Shown here: one piece after another, positions 1 through 9,313 of the stretch
Layout: the number at the start of each line of letters is the position of its first letter
Position numbering within the stretch: the stretch's first letter is position 1
NCBI GenBank assembly: GCA_964400495.1
Contig: CAYNTS010000003.1
Span: forward strand, 9,750 to 41,749
Direction of reading: 5' to 3'
DNA length: 32,000 nucleotides
Origin: an uncultured bacterium
GTDB taxonomy: Bacteria > Fidelibacterota > Marinisomatia > SCGC-AAA003-L08 > D37C17
Position numbers and translations under genes: made by a program
Notes under the pieces: model-generated
What the model saw: only the letters and a program-made list of their open reading frames with translations
Databases searched by the model: none
What the model was told of the DNA's origin: nothing

Positions 1-2
1 AA

Positions 3-1604
3 GAAACTGGTGGCAAACTTTCTGGAGATTTTATAATTTCAGGTCCAGTAGTAAATCCAAATGTAAATATGAATGTAATAATAAATGATCCCAAATTTGA
101 TAAGATAACGGGTGAAAATGTAACTGGAGCATTGGTTTATACTAATGAGCGTTTATATTTAAAAGGACTTCATTTAGTTACTCAGAATGGAGAATATTCT
201 GGAGTAGGTTCTTTACCTGTAGATTTAAGAATTGTTGCTGAAGATGTGAAAAATATATATGATAATCAAATTGATTTTATGTTTACAGGTATTTCATCAA
301 AATTTGAATTTTTACCACCCTATATACAAAATTTAGATTCACTTACAGGTGATTACTCAATTCAACTAAATCTCACCGGAACTTTTAGAAATCCAGTCCG
401 TGAAGGTCAAATAGTCGTACAAAATGGTGCAATATATTTATTACAATTGGATAATCCGATAACAGATTTAAAAGGAATAGCAAAAATAAGTGAAAATAAA
501 TTAGTAATAGATCAGTTTGAAGCAAGATTAAATGAACAAGAGAAAAAACAAAATTTTATAAAAGAAACAATTGAAAATATTAAACAGTTATTTACATCTG
601 AAACAAATAAGAACTCCAAAACAAATAATATTTCTATTACTGGTGCAATGGATTTAACATCTTTTTTTCAACCAGATTATTTATTGCATTTTAATGGTGA
701 AAATATTTTTGTAAATAGTTCATATGGTCAGTTTTATGGAAGAGGGAATGCTGAATTTTGGATGACAGGTAAAGACACAGTCAAAATATCGGGTAAATTT
801 AAGCCTAAAGCACATGATTTTACTTTATATGGATTTCCTGAAGGTGATGATTTTGCAGTTGAAAATTTGTATAATAAACAATTTTTTGAATATGACATTT
901 CTTTTCCACTCGAAAATGAAGTTAAAATTGTTACTGACAATCTTGATATCCTTGTGGATGGTGATTTGAATATTTCTTCGCTTGGTGGTGAAGAATTCAA
1001 GTATTCTGGAAAAATTAACATTATTGATGGGAAATTTGAAGTTAATGGAAATATTTTTCAAGATACAGAAGGTAGTTTATACTTGAATCCTGGGAACAAG
1101 GCACCTTTTGTAGATGTTCATGCTAATATTTTTCTCATTGATGAAGATGTTAATATGTCTTTTGTTGGTCCAATTAACAACCCAAACATAATTTTAGAAA
1201 CAACAAGTGAAAAATATTCACAAAGTGATATTTTGCAAATGATAGCGTTTAATGCAACAACTGATGAAAATGAAAATATTTCTTTAAATGTAGGAGACAT
1301 TGTTTCTAATTATATTGAAAATGAGATAGAAAAAAATATTACTCAATATGGAATTTTAGATGAGTTTAAAGTTCAAAGTAGTTCGGGTTCCTTAATTTCC
1401 AGTCAAGATGCTTCTAATATAAATTTGTATTTTGGCAAACAGATATCAAATAATTTATATTTAAATACACGATTAAATGTTTCGGAATCTCTCAAAAATG
1501 AATATGAAATTGCCTATCGTTTGAATAAAAATATGTCTGTTGTTGCAAGATTGGATGAAAAACAAAATTGGCATTTTAACTATCGTTTCAAATACCATTA
1601 TTAG
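3..1604 (+). CDS. tamB: TamB-like translocation and assembly module protein, C-terminal part (5' end outside window)
   Basis: Frame 3 is open from the window edge (ETGGKLSGDFIISGPVVNPNVNMN...), so the ATG at 69 is internal. TAG stop at 1602-1604. The body is beta-rich. The last ~60 aa (GKQISNNLYLNTRLNVSESLKNEYEIAYRLNKNMSVVARLDEKQNWHFNYRFKY) show the alternating-hydrophobic pattern of the TamB DUF490 C-terminal domain. An Omp85 gene follows directly. Confidence 0.7.
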   Translation, partial: ETGGKLSGDFIISGPVVNPNVNMNVIINDPKFDKITGENVTGALVYTNERLYLKGLHLVTQNGEYSGVGSLPVDLRIVAEDVKNIYDNQIDFMFTGISSKFEFLPPYIQNLDSLTGDYSIQLNLTGTFRNPVREGQIVVQNGAIYLLQLDNPITDLKGIAKISENKLVIDQFEARLNEQEKKQNFIKETIENIKQLFTSETNKNSKTNNISITGAMDLTSFFQPDYLLHFNGENIFVNSSYGQFYGRGNAEFWMTGKDTVKISGKFKPKAHDFTLYGFPEGDDFAVENLYNKQFFEYDISFPLENEVKIVTDNLDILVDGDLNISSLGGEEFKYSGKINIIDGKFEVNGNIFQDTEGSLYLNPGNKAPFVDVHANIFLIDEDVNMSFVGPINNPNIILETTSEKYSQSDILQMIAFNATTDENENISLNVGDIVSNYIENEIEKNITQYGILDEFKVQSSSGSLISSQDASNINLYFGKQISNNLYLNTRLNVSESLKNEYEIAYRLNKNMSVVARLDEKQNWHFNYRFKYHY

Positions 1605-3399
1605 TTTTAGAAAAATAATATTTGTTTTACTAACTTTACAATTATTTTCAGTTGTAATAGGATCAAGCACGTCCACTCAATTTGTCTCAAATATTAAATT
1701 TCAAGGGAATGAGACTTTTTCGTCAATTGAATTGATTGAAATAATTAGATTGCAGAACCCAGGTTTACTAAGCAAATCAAACTTCACAAACAAAATATTA
1801 AAATTAGATACTATAACTTTAGAAGCATTTTATAGATCTAATGGTTTTATTAATGTAGTAGTAAATGGTACAATTGAAGCAATTGATAATGATTTAGTAT
1901 CAGTATTATTTCAAATTAATGAAGGTGAAAGATATATACAATCTTCAATTGAAATTGTCGGAAATAAATTGTTTTCCGATTCAGAGATTTTAAAAATTCT
2001 ACTAATTGAAACGAATACCTATTATAATCCTTCAAATATTAGAAAAAAACTTAAACTATTAAAATACAAGTTCAAAACTTTTGGAAAAAAAGATATTGTT
2101 TTAGTCGATGAGACTGAAGTTGTTGAAGATAAAGTAAAATTAAGAATTACTATTTCTGAAGGACCAACGTACAGCATTAAATCTGTTAAAATTCGTGGTA
2201 ATGAAATTGTTAAGCAAAAGTATATCACAAGGGAAATATTATTTACACAAGGTGAAATATTTAGTATTGAAAAAATTGATGAAACAAAAAATAATATTTT
2301 TGCAACAGGGCTATTTAACTTCGTAGAGATTTTATATGTAAATGACATTGATCAACCAAACTCAATACATATAACAATTCAATTAAGAGAATTTAAAACT
2401 CGAGGTATATATGCTGAATTGGGATTTGATCAAATCCCTTCAACAGTTGATGGTAATGAATCTGTTTCAATTATAAACTCATCATTAGATTGGCAATTAG
2501 GGAATGTTTTTAAAACTGCAACTAAACTTGGAGTGGGTCTTGAGCTTGGTTTTAAAGCAAATGAAATTGAAAAATTTAATTTATTTCGTAAATATTACCA
2601 AATAAACATCAATTCACCATGGTTTTGGAAGTTTAGAATTCCAATTACAAACAAATTATACTTCGAAGATTTAAATGACGATTCAAGAATCTTCTCTTAT
2701 GGATATAATTCTTCATTAGTTTACAAAAATACATTAAACACTCAACTTTTGATAACAATGAATTTTGATTTTATAGATGCAACAAACGAAGATTTAGATT
2801 TAGTAGAAGACCATAGTATAAGTTTAACATTTAATAAGCAAAATATTGATAATCCAATTGAACCCCAAAATGGATATTATTTTTCATTTTCACCTTCTAT
2901 ACATGGAAGTTATTTAGGTGGGAATCGACATTATTTTCAAACAGATATTGAAATAAAAGGATATCGAAAAATACTTGATCCGATTATTTTAGCTATGAGA
3001 TTTAAAACGAATTATATTAGACTGTTTGAAAATTATAATGATTTTTTAACCACCTATGAATTATTTCATTTAGGTGGTGAGTCAACTTTGAGGGGGTGGA
3101 GTTCTATAGAAGATTTCTATGATGATTCACAAAATAATCTTAATGAAAATGGTTCTCCTATAAGGCAGTTATGTAATGTGGAATTTCGTTTCCCAATTTA
3201 CTGGAAATTTGGGGGAACAGTATTTTATGATGGTGGATTTTTAGCAAATAAGATAAATGAGGATTTTAAATGGTTTTGGGATTGGGGATATGGGATTAAT
3301 TTTAAAACTCCTTTAGGACCAGCAAGATTTGAATTTGCATTCCCTTTTGCAGATAAAAATAAACGGAACTTCACATTATCTATGGCTTATATGTTCTAA
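1555..3399 (+). CDS. Omp85-family outer membrane protein (TamA/BamA-like, TamA-sized)
   Basis: N-terminal POTRA-like repeats. GGESTLRGW matches the conserved loop-6 RG(F/Y/W) motif of Omp85 barrels. The C-terminus ...LSMAYMF ends in an aromatic residue (OMP beta-signal). About 615 aa fits a 3-POTRA TamA better than a 5-POTRA BamA. The start is ambiguous (TTG 1540 or ATG 1555); both lie inside tamB, and no in-frame ATG/GTG/TTG follows the tamB stop before the predicted signal peptide. Confidence 0.8.
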   Translation: MKNKIGILTIVSNTIISFRKIIFVLLTLQLFSVVIGSSTSTQFVSNIKFQGNETFSSIELIEIIRLQNPGLLSKSNFTNKILKLDTITLEAFYRSNGFINVVVNGTIEAIDNDLVSVLFQINEGERYIQSSIEIVGNKLFSDSEILKILLIETNTYYNPSNIRKKLKLLKYKFKTFGKKDIVLVDETEVVEDKVKLRITISEGPTYSIKSVKIRGNEIVKQKYITREILFTQGEIFSIEKIDETKNNIFATGLFNFVEILYVNDIDQPNSIHITIQLREFKTRGIYAELGFDQIPSTVDGNESVSIINSSLDWQLGNVFKTATKLGVGLELGFKANEIEKFNLFRKYYQININSPWFWKFRIPITNKLYFEDLNDDSRIFSYGYNSSLVYKNTLNTQLLITMNFDFIDATNEDLDLVEDHSISLTFNKQNIDNPIEPQNGYYFSFSPSIHGSYLGGNRHYFQTDIEIKGYRKILDPIILAMRFKTNYIRLFENYNDFLTTYELFHLGGESTLRGWSSIEDFYDDSQNNLNENGSPIRQLCNVEFRFPIYWKFGGTVFYDGGFLANKINEDFKWFWDWGYGINFKTPLGPARFEFAFPFADKNKRNFTLSMAYMF

Positions 3400-3465
3400 T
3401 AAAAAAACTATTAACAATCATAGTGAATAGTAATAAATTCAAAACTAATTTATAAGGAGAAAAAG

Positions 3466-3978
3466 GTGTTTATAAGAATATCAATGTTACTTGTAGTAAT
3501 AATTTTTGTAATTTCAGGATGTAATTCCAATAATAATGCAATAATTGAAGGAAAGTGGGAAGAAGCTAAAAAATTCAGAGTTGAAAATGAACTTGGAAAA
3601 TCAATAACTCTTCTCAAAGATATTATTGACAACTATAAATCATCAATTAGAGCATCAGAAGCTCAATTTCAAATTGCAGATATTTATCTAAACGATGTTA
3701 AAGATTACGACTTGGCTTTAATTGAATTCAAGAAAGTAATTGAAAATTATGAAAATAGTATAATGGCTAAAAAAGCTATATTTATGATTGGATATATTTA
3801 TAGCAATAATCTGGATGCATTTTCGTTGGCTATGGAATACTATAATGAGTTTAAAACAAAATATCCGAATGATGAATTAGTTTCTTCTGTTGATTACGAA
3901 CTTTCAATATTAAATCAATATCAAACTCAAATTGACTCATTAAATAAAATTGCAGATGAAAGAAAAGGAAATAATTAA
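3466..3978 (+). CDS. TPR-repeat lipoprotein, BamD/YbgF-like
   Basis: AAGGAG Shine-Dalgarno at 3454-3459 with a GTG start (alternative ATG at 3484). Signal peptide with lipobox VISG|C. Helical repeats ending in the ...KYPNDELVSSVDYEL type signature typical of BamD/YbgF-type TPR proteins. The stop overlaps the moxR start (TAATG). Confidence 0.6.
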   Translation: MFIRISMLLVVIIFVISGCNSNNNAIIEGKWEEAKKFRVENELGKSITLLKDIIDNYKSSIRASEAQFQIADIYLNDVKDYDLALIEFKKVIENYENSIMAKKAIFMIGYIYSNNLDAFSLAMEYYNEFKTKYPNDELVSSVDYELSILNQYQTQIDSLNKIADERKGNN

Positions 3979-4973
3979 TGAGTGAATTTAATTTACAAGA
4001 ATTAAATGAAAAAATTCGTCTGGAATCACAATTTGTAAATGATTTAAAAAATCAATTGCAAACAGTAATTGTCGGACAAGATGATTTGATTGATAAATTA
4101 ATATTATCCATACTAGCAAATGGACATATTTTTTTAGAGGGCGTTCCGGGTTTAGCAAAGACTCTCACTGTAAAATCTCTTGCGTCCTTAATTTCGACTC
4201 AATTTCAAAGAATTCAATTTACTCCAGATTTACTTCCTGCAGATATATTGGGTACGTTAGTATTTAATCCAAAAGAAAGTTCGTTTGAAGTAAAAAAAGG
4301 TCCAATATTTTCAAATATCATTTTAGCTGATGAGATTAACAGATCACCTGCAAAAGTACAAAGTGCACTTCTTGAAGCAATGCAAGAACGTCAAGTTACA
4401 ATAGGAGATGAAACATTCAAATTGAAAGAACCATTTCTAGTTATGGCAACACAAAATCCTGTTGAACAAGAAGGGACTTATCCATTACCAGAGGCTCAAG
4501 TTGATAGGTTTATGTTTAAGGTGTTAATTGATTACCCAAAAATTGTGGAAGAAAAGGTAATTTTAAATAGAATGGGGAATATCAATAGCTCCGTTGAATT
4601 AAAACCAATTGTTAAGATTCCTCAAATTTTAAAATCAAGAGAAATTGTCGATCAAATACATGTTGCTGATAATATTCAAGATTACATTATTTCACTTGTA
4701 ATGGCAACTCGCAACCCCGAAAATTACAATTTAAAAGATTTAAAGCAGTTAATTCGATTTGGTGCTTCACCCAGGGCAACTATATTTATTGCAATTGCAT
4801 CAAAAGCTCAAGCATTTGTTAAAAATAGAGGTTATGTAATACCTGAAGATGTTCGTTCTATTGGTAGGGCAATTTTAAGACATAGAATACTATTAACCTA
4901 TGAAGCAGAAGCTGAAGAAGTAACAACTGAAGATATTATAACTCAAATTTTTGATTCAGTTGCAACCCCTTAA
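3978..4973 (+). CDS. moxR: MoxR-family AAA+ ATPase
   Basis: Walker A in the MoxR-typical context LEGVPGLAKT. Walker B ILADEINR. The C-terminal FGASPRA... helix bundle is typical of MoxR/RavA-type ATPases. Followed by DUF58, the canonical partner. Confidence 0.9.
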   Translation: MSEFNLQELNEKIRLESQFVNDLKNQLQTVIVGQDDLIDKLILSILANGHIFLEGVPGLAKTLTVKSLASLISTQFQRIQFTPDLLPADILGTLVFNPKESSFEVKKGPIFSNIILADEINRSPAKVQSALLEAMQERQVTIGDETFKLKEPFLVMATQNPVEQEGTYPLPEAQVDRFMFKVLIDYPKIVEEKVILNRMGNINSSVELKPIVKIPQILKSREIVDQIHVADNIQDYIISLVMATRNPENYNLKDLKQLIRFGASPRATIFIAIASKAQAFVKNRGYVIPEDVRSIGRAILRHRILLTYEAEAEEVTTEDIITQIFDSVATP

Positions 4974-5833
4974 TGATCCCGTCAGAAATATTACAAAAAG
5001 TTAAACAAATTGAAATCAAAACTAAACATTTAGTGAATGATTTGTTTGGTGGTGAATATCATTCTGCGTTTAAAGGTATGGGGATGGAATTTGCAGAGGT
5101 TCGTGAATATACCCCAGGCGATGATGTCAGGAGCATTGATTGGAATGTAACTGCAAGAACTGGTAAACCATTTATCAAAAAGTTTGATGAGGAGCGAGAA
5201 TTAACTGTCATGTTGATGGTTGATGTAAGTGCGTCTAGTCATTATGGAACAGGAGATTCACTAAAAAGCGACATTATTACAGAACTTGCTTCAATTCTTA
5301 GTTTCAGTGCCATTAAAAATAATGATAAAGTTGGGTTATTACTTTTCTCTAATGAAATTGAAAAATTTATTCCACCCAAAAAAGGGAAATCACATGTCCT
5401 ACGTGTAATTAGAGAAATAATTTATCATTCATCAGATGGAAATTATACAGATGTTGCACATGCATTTGATTATATCCAAAAAATGCTAAAAAGAAGAGCA
5501 GTCATCTTCTGTATTTCAGATTTTTGGGATGCTAAATTTGAAAAACAAGTTAAACTTACAAACAGAAAACACGATTTGGTTAATATTAGAATCTTAGATG
5601 AATCTGAGTTAAGAATACCAGATATTGGATTAATATCTTTCCATGATAGTGAAACAAAAAATCAAATTTCATATTTTTCAAAAGGTGGACGAAATTTAAC
5701 AATAGCAAAAAATATTATTGATGAATACTCAAAATTTTGCAAAAAAAATAAAATTGATTTAATTGATATTAATGTTCAAGAAGGTTATTTGGAACCTTTG
5801 GTTAAGTTTTTCAGTAAACGTTCGCTTAAATGA
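4973..5833 (+). CDS. DUF58 domain protein (vWA-like MoxR partner)
   Basis: Canonical DUF58 signature FAEVREYTPGDDVRSIDWNVTARTGKPFIKKFDEERE, followed by a vWA-like LMVDVSASS strand. The start shares a base with the moxR stop. Confidence 0.85.
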   Translation: MIPSEILQKVKQIEIKTKHLVNDLFGGEYHSAFKGMGMEFAEVREYTPGDDVRSIDWNVTARTGKPFIKKFDEERELTVMLMVDVSASSHYGTGDSLKSDIITELASILSFSAIKNNDKVGLLLFSNEIEKFIPPKKGKSHVLRVIREIIYHSSDGNYTDVAHAFDYIQKMLKRRAVIFCISDFWDAKFEKQVKLTNRKHDLVNIRILDESELRIPDIGLISFHDSETKNQISYFSKGGRNLTIAKNIIDEYSKFCKKNKIDLIDINVQEGYLEPLVKFFSKRSLK

Positions 5834-6723
5834 ATCTTACAATAAAATTTATAACATTATTGTGTTGTGTTTCATTTACGAATGCAAAAATACATGTAAC
5901 TCATGAAATTACTCCTCAAACACATTCAATTGGTTCAGAAATCTCCTTAATAATAAATGTAGATATAGATTCATTAGAGTATTTGGTACATTTTCCGAGT
6001 GAATTTCTGCCAAACAAGCAATATGAAATAAAACTTAATGAAGTAAATAAAACTAATTCTCAATATAAAATTCAATGTTGGGAAACAGGCGATATATACT
6101 TACCAAAAATTAATATAAAAGTTCAAGATTCTCAAAATGAGACTAAAAATATTTCACTTGATAGTATTTATATTAAAGTGTCTTCAACAATTGATGTTAA
6201 TGCAAGAGAAATTAGAGATATTAAAGCGTTGAAAATAGTTGAAGTAAACATGTTCCAAAGGGTACTTGTTATTAGTTTTGGAATATTTGCATTAATTTCT
6301 ATTCTATACATTTTAAAGAAAAGAAAAAATAAAAATCCTTATGTGTACAAAAATACTTCAATAAAAAGTATTTCTACTTATAAATCAATTAAATCTTCAT
6401 TGGAAAATTTAGAAATTGACCTTCCAATTAATCACCAACATTCTGAGACTTTCTTTTTAGAATTGTCAAAACTATTTAAACAGTTTTTAGAATCTGAATA
6501 CTTTATAACCTCAACTCAAATGACTTCAAGTGAGATTAAAACATATTTAAATTCACTTAAACTAAAAAATGATTTACTAGAAAACATTATTAATTTGATT
6601 GAAAGAGCAGACTCAATTAAATATGCTAAGCAATTACCTCAAATTGATGAAATAAATGCAAGTAAAACGGAATTAATAAATTTCATAACTATTTTACATA
6701 ATAAATCTCAACAAAATAATTAA
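5830..6723 (+). CDS. Membrane protein, BatD/DUF4381-like (signal peptide, beta-rich ectodomain, one TM, helical C-terminal domain)
   Basis: N-terminal signal peptide (FITLLCCVSFTNA). Central TM segment VLVISFGIFALISILYIL followed by KKRKNK. The C-terminal helical region with ...TSSEIKTYL...LIERADSIKYAK resembles DUF4381/BatD tails found downstream of MoxR-DUF58. ATGA overlap with the DUF58 gene. The functional call rests on recognition and context only. Confidence 0.45.
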   Translation: MNLTIKFITLLCCVSFTNAKIHVTHEITPQTHSIGSEISLIINVDIDSLEYLVHFPSEFLPNKQYEIKLNEVNKTNSQYKIQCWETGDIYLPKINIKVQDSQNETKNISLDSIYIKVSSTIDVNAREIRDIKALKIVEVNMFQRVLVISFGIFALISILYILKKRKNKNPYVYKNTSIKSISTYKSIKSSLENLEIDLPINHQHSETFFLELSKLFKQFLESEYFITSTQMTSSEIKTYLNSLKLKNDLLENIINLIERADSIKYAKQLPQIDEINASKTELINFITILHNKSQQNN

Positions 6724-8186
6724 TGAAAACTCAAAATAATCAGTTTTCACATATTTTTCGTAAAGAAATTTTAACTTCATCTGAAGATCAAATATATGAT
6801 GTCTTTATAATTGGTGGTGGAATTAATGGAGCAGGAGTTGCTCGTGAAGCAACATTAGCAGGGCACAAAACGATACTTTGTGAAATGAATGATTATGCTT
6901 CAGGAACATCCTCAAAATCTTCAAGAATGCTACATGGTGGTTTGCGGTATTTACAATATGGAAAAATAAAACTAGTCCGAGAAGCATTACACGAACGGAA
7001 CTTACTTTTATCATTGTGCCCTAATATAACAAAAAAACAAAGATTTATTTTCCCAGTATTCAATTCTTTTTTGTTTCAATTAAAACTTAAAATTGGTCTG
7101 GTATTGTATGATTTATTATCAGGGAAATATCTAATTTCTAAACATAAATATTTATCTAAAAACAAATTACTATCTAAGGTAAATATTTTTGAATTTTCAA
7201 AGTTAAAGTGTGGGTTTGAATATTCAGATGTATTAGTTGACGATGCAATTTTAACAATTTCAACAATTTCAACATCAGTTGTAAAACATGGCCTGCATGC
7301 GGTTAATTATTGTAAAGTAATTTTTTACAATTTCAATAACAATTTATGGGAAATCAAAGTTGAAGATATACTAACAAAAAACATCCATTCATTTAAAGCA
7401 AAAACACTTATTTCTTGTTGTGGTGCTTGGACAGATAAATCTCTAGTTCGCCCTACAAAAGGTATTCATATTGTTGTAAAAAGAGATATTTTACCAATAC
7501 ATAATTCAATTGTAATTCCAACAACAGATGGACGTATTTTATTCTTAAATATTAAAGATGAATATGTATATATTGGAACAACCGATACAGATTATAAAGA
7601 TGATATTAATGAAGTTGAAGCCCATACAGAGGATGTAAACTACTTGTTAAATCAAGTTAATCAATATTTGAATGGTAATCATCAATTAAAAATGGAAGAT
7701 ATTATATCAACTTGGGCAGGTTTAAGACCATTGGTTAATGAAAAAGGAAATGTAAATCAAGTTTCACGTGAAGATAAGATTTTAGTTAATGAGAATAATC
7801 TAATTACAATCCTTGGAGGTAAACTAACAACATTTAGAACTATGGCTCAGCGTGTTGTCATTCAAATAAATAAAATTTTAGGCGGAAGTATAAATAAAAC
7901 TGCATCTAAAACCGAAGAAATAGAGTGGGATATTTCAAACCTAAATTCAGTGGAAGAGTATGTCAATTTCTACATTAAACAAACAATGGCAATGCAATTA
8001 ACAGATATTATGTTGCGACGAAGTGATGATTTTATGTTTTCTGATAACAATTCTCTACATTTAGTTGATGAAATTTGTTATTTTGCTTCTAAATTATTAC
8101 AATGGGATAAAAATGAAATTGAAGAGCAAAAGAAAGATTATCAATTAGCTATTAATAAAATGAAAAATAAATTAAATAAATGTTAA
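6723..8186 (+). CDS. glpD: FAD-dependent glycerol-3-phosphate dehydrogenase/oxidase
   Basis: The N-terminus DVFIIGGGINGAGVAREATLAGHKTILCEMNDYASGTSSKSSRMLHGGLRYL matches the GlpD dinucleotide-binding and GGLRYL signature. Length of 487 aa is typical. The start overlaps the upstream stop (TAATG). Confidence 0.8.
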   Translation: MKTQNNQFSHIFRKEILTSSEDQIYDVFIIGGGINGAGVAREATLAGHKTILCEMNDYASGTSSKSSRMLHGGLRYLQYGKIKLVREALHERNLLLSLCPNITKKQRFIFPVFNSFLFQLKLKIGLVLYDLLSGKYLISKHKYLSKNKLLSKVNIFEFSKLKCGFEYSDVLVDDAILTISTISTSVVKHGLHAVNYCKVIFYNFNNNLWEIKVEDILTKNIHSFKAKTLISCCGAWTDKSLVRPTKGIHIVVKRDILPIHNSIVIPTTDGRILFLNIKDEYVYIGTTDTDYKDDINEVEAHTEDVNYLLNQVNQYLNGNHQLKMEDIISTWAGLRPLVNEKGNVNQVSREDKILVNENNLITILGGKLTTFRTMAQRVVIQINKILGGSINKTASKTEEIEWDISNLNSVEEYVNFYIKQTMAMQLTDIMLRRSDDFMFSDNNSLHLVDEICYFASKLLQWDKNEIEEQKKDYQLAINKMKNKLNKC

Positions 8187-8240
8187 TATGTGAATTGTGT
8201 AAATTTGACATCTTATTATTGATATGGAAAGGTAATATTT

Positions 8241-8804
8241 ATGGCTACAACAGCTGATATAAAAAATGGATTAATCATTGAAAGAAAAGGTAAGTTAGTA
8301 AGAATTGTTGAATTCCAACATGTAAAACCTGGAAAAGGTCCAGCATTTGTTAGGTCAAAGTTGAAAAATGTTAAAACTGGTCAAGTTGTTGATGAAACAT
8401 TTAGAGCTGGCGAAAAAATTCAAATTATTAGAATAGAAGCTCGTGATTATAACTATTTATACAATGATGGAGACTTCTTTTATTTTATGGATAATGAAAC
8501 TTACGAACAAATTTCACTATCTAAATTGCAAGTTGAAGATGTAGTTGATTTCTTAATTGAAAATACACCAACCACTATTGCTTTTAATGGTGACGAACCA
8601 ATAGAGGTTCGAATACCACCCCACATGAATTTAGTTATTTCTGAAGCTGACCCAGGTGAAAAAGGCAATACAGCACAAGGGGGTACAAAACCAGCAATCC
8701 TTGAAACTGGAGTTGTTATTCAAGTTCCTCTTTTTATTCAACAAGGTGAAAAAGTTCGTGTTGATACAAGGGATAAAAGATATATTGAGCGAGTTAAGGA
8801 GTAA
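8241..8804 (+). CDS. efp: Elongation factor P
   Basis: MATTADIKNG...VEFQHVKPGKGPAFVRSKLKNVKTGQ contains the conserved KPGKG loop. 187 aa. SD-like GGAAAGG lies upstream. Confidence 0.95.
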   Translation: MATTADIKNGLIIERKGKLVRIVEFQHVKPGKGPAFVRSKLKNVKTGQVVDETFRAGEKIQIIRIEARDYNYLYNDGDFFYFMDNETYEQISLSKLQVEDVVDFLIENTPTTIAFNGDEPIEVRIPPHMNLVISEADPGEKGNTAQGGTKPAILETGVVIQVPLFIQQGEKVRVDTRDKRYIERVKE

Positions 8805-8806
8805 TT

Positions 8807-9313
8807 ATGTTAAAAGAAAAAATTAAAACTCTCATTGACATTATTCAAGACACAGAAATAAATGAGCTAGAAATTTCATCATTTTGGGGAGCTCAAAAAA
8901 TTCGCCTAAAGAAAAAAAATGATTCTGTAGTGGAAACCCAAGTTGTATCTTCCGTAACAGAAACACCAAAAATACAAGAAACCCCTTTTAAAATTGAACA
9001 TGGAGTATTACCAACACCTGTACAGAATGTTGTTAAAGAAACTAAAGAAGTTGAAAATGCTGAAACTCAAAAAACTGGTACTGAAATAATAGCACCATTA
9101 GTAGGAACCTATTATGCTTCTTCAAAACCTGGCTCGCCTGCGTTTGTTAAAGTGGGGGATAAAATAGAAATAGGACAGGTTATTTGTATTGTTGAGGCAA
9201 TGAAAATATTTAATGAGATTGAAGCTGAAATTTCAGGTGAAATTTTAGAAATTATTGCAACTGATGGTTCGCCTGTTGAATATGGTCAACCGTTAATGAT
9301 TATCAAAGAATAA
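8807..9313 (+). CDS. accB: Acetyl-CoA carboxylase biotin carboxyl carrier protein
   Basis: C-terminal biotinyl domain with the [12 protein letters not shown] biotinylation motif. AAGGAG SD upstream. Followed by accC. Confidence 0.95.
   Translation: MLKEKIKTLIDIIQDTEINELEISSFWGAQKIRLKKKNDSVVETQVVSSVTETPKIQETPFKIEHGVLPTPVQNVVKETKEVENAETQKTGTEIIAPLVGTYYASSKPGSPAFVKVGDKIEIGQVICIVEAMKIFNEIEAEISGEILEIIATDGSPVEYGQPLMIIKE

Noticed and set aside
1540-1554. TTG at 1540 as the Omp85 start, as printed in the ORF track
   Set aside because: It is not excluded. The ATG at 1555, five codons downstream, is the more conventional start, and neither has a convincing SD. I annotated 1555 and flagged the ambiguity.
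734-2348. Minus-strand ORFs of 60-108 aa inside tamB and the Omp85 gene (734-1021, 825-1061, 1118-1300, 1473-1676, 2022-2348)
   Set aside because: They are antisense to well-supported outer-membrane protein genes. Their products are S/I/F/K-rich with no motifs or translation signals.
8200-8210. TTGACA hexamer (8205-8210) upstream of efp as a sigma70 -35 box
   Set aside because: No acceptable -10 hexamer lies 16-18 nt downstream; positions 8228-8233 read AAAGGT. The overlapping TAAATTTG (8200-8207) does match the Bacteroidetes-type -7 motif TAnnTTTG, but I see no -33 TTTG at the right distance. The strong SD usage also argues against a Bacteroidia-like expression system. This is left unresolved rather than annotated.
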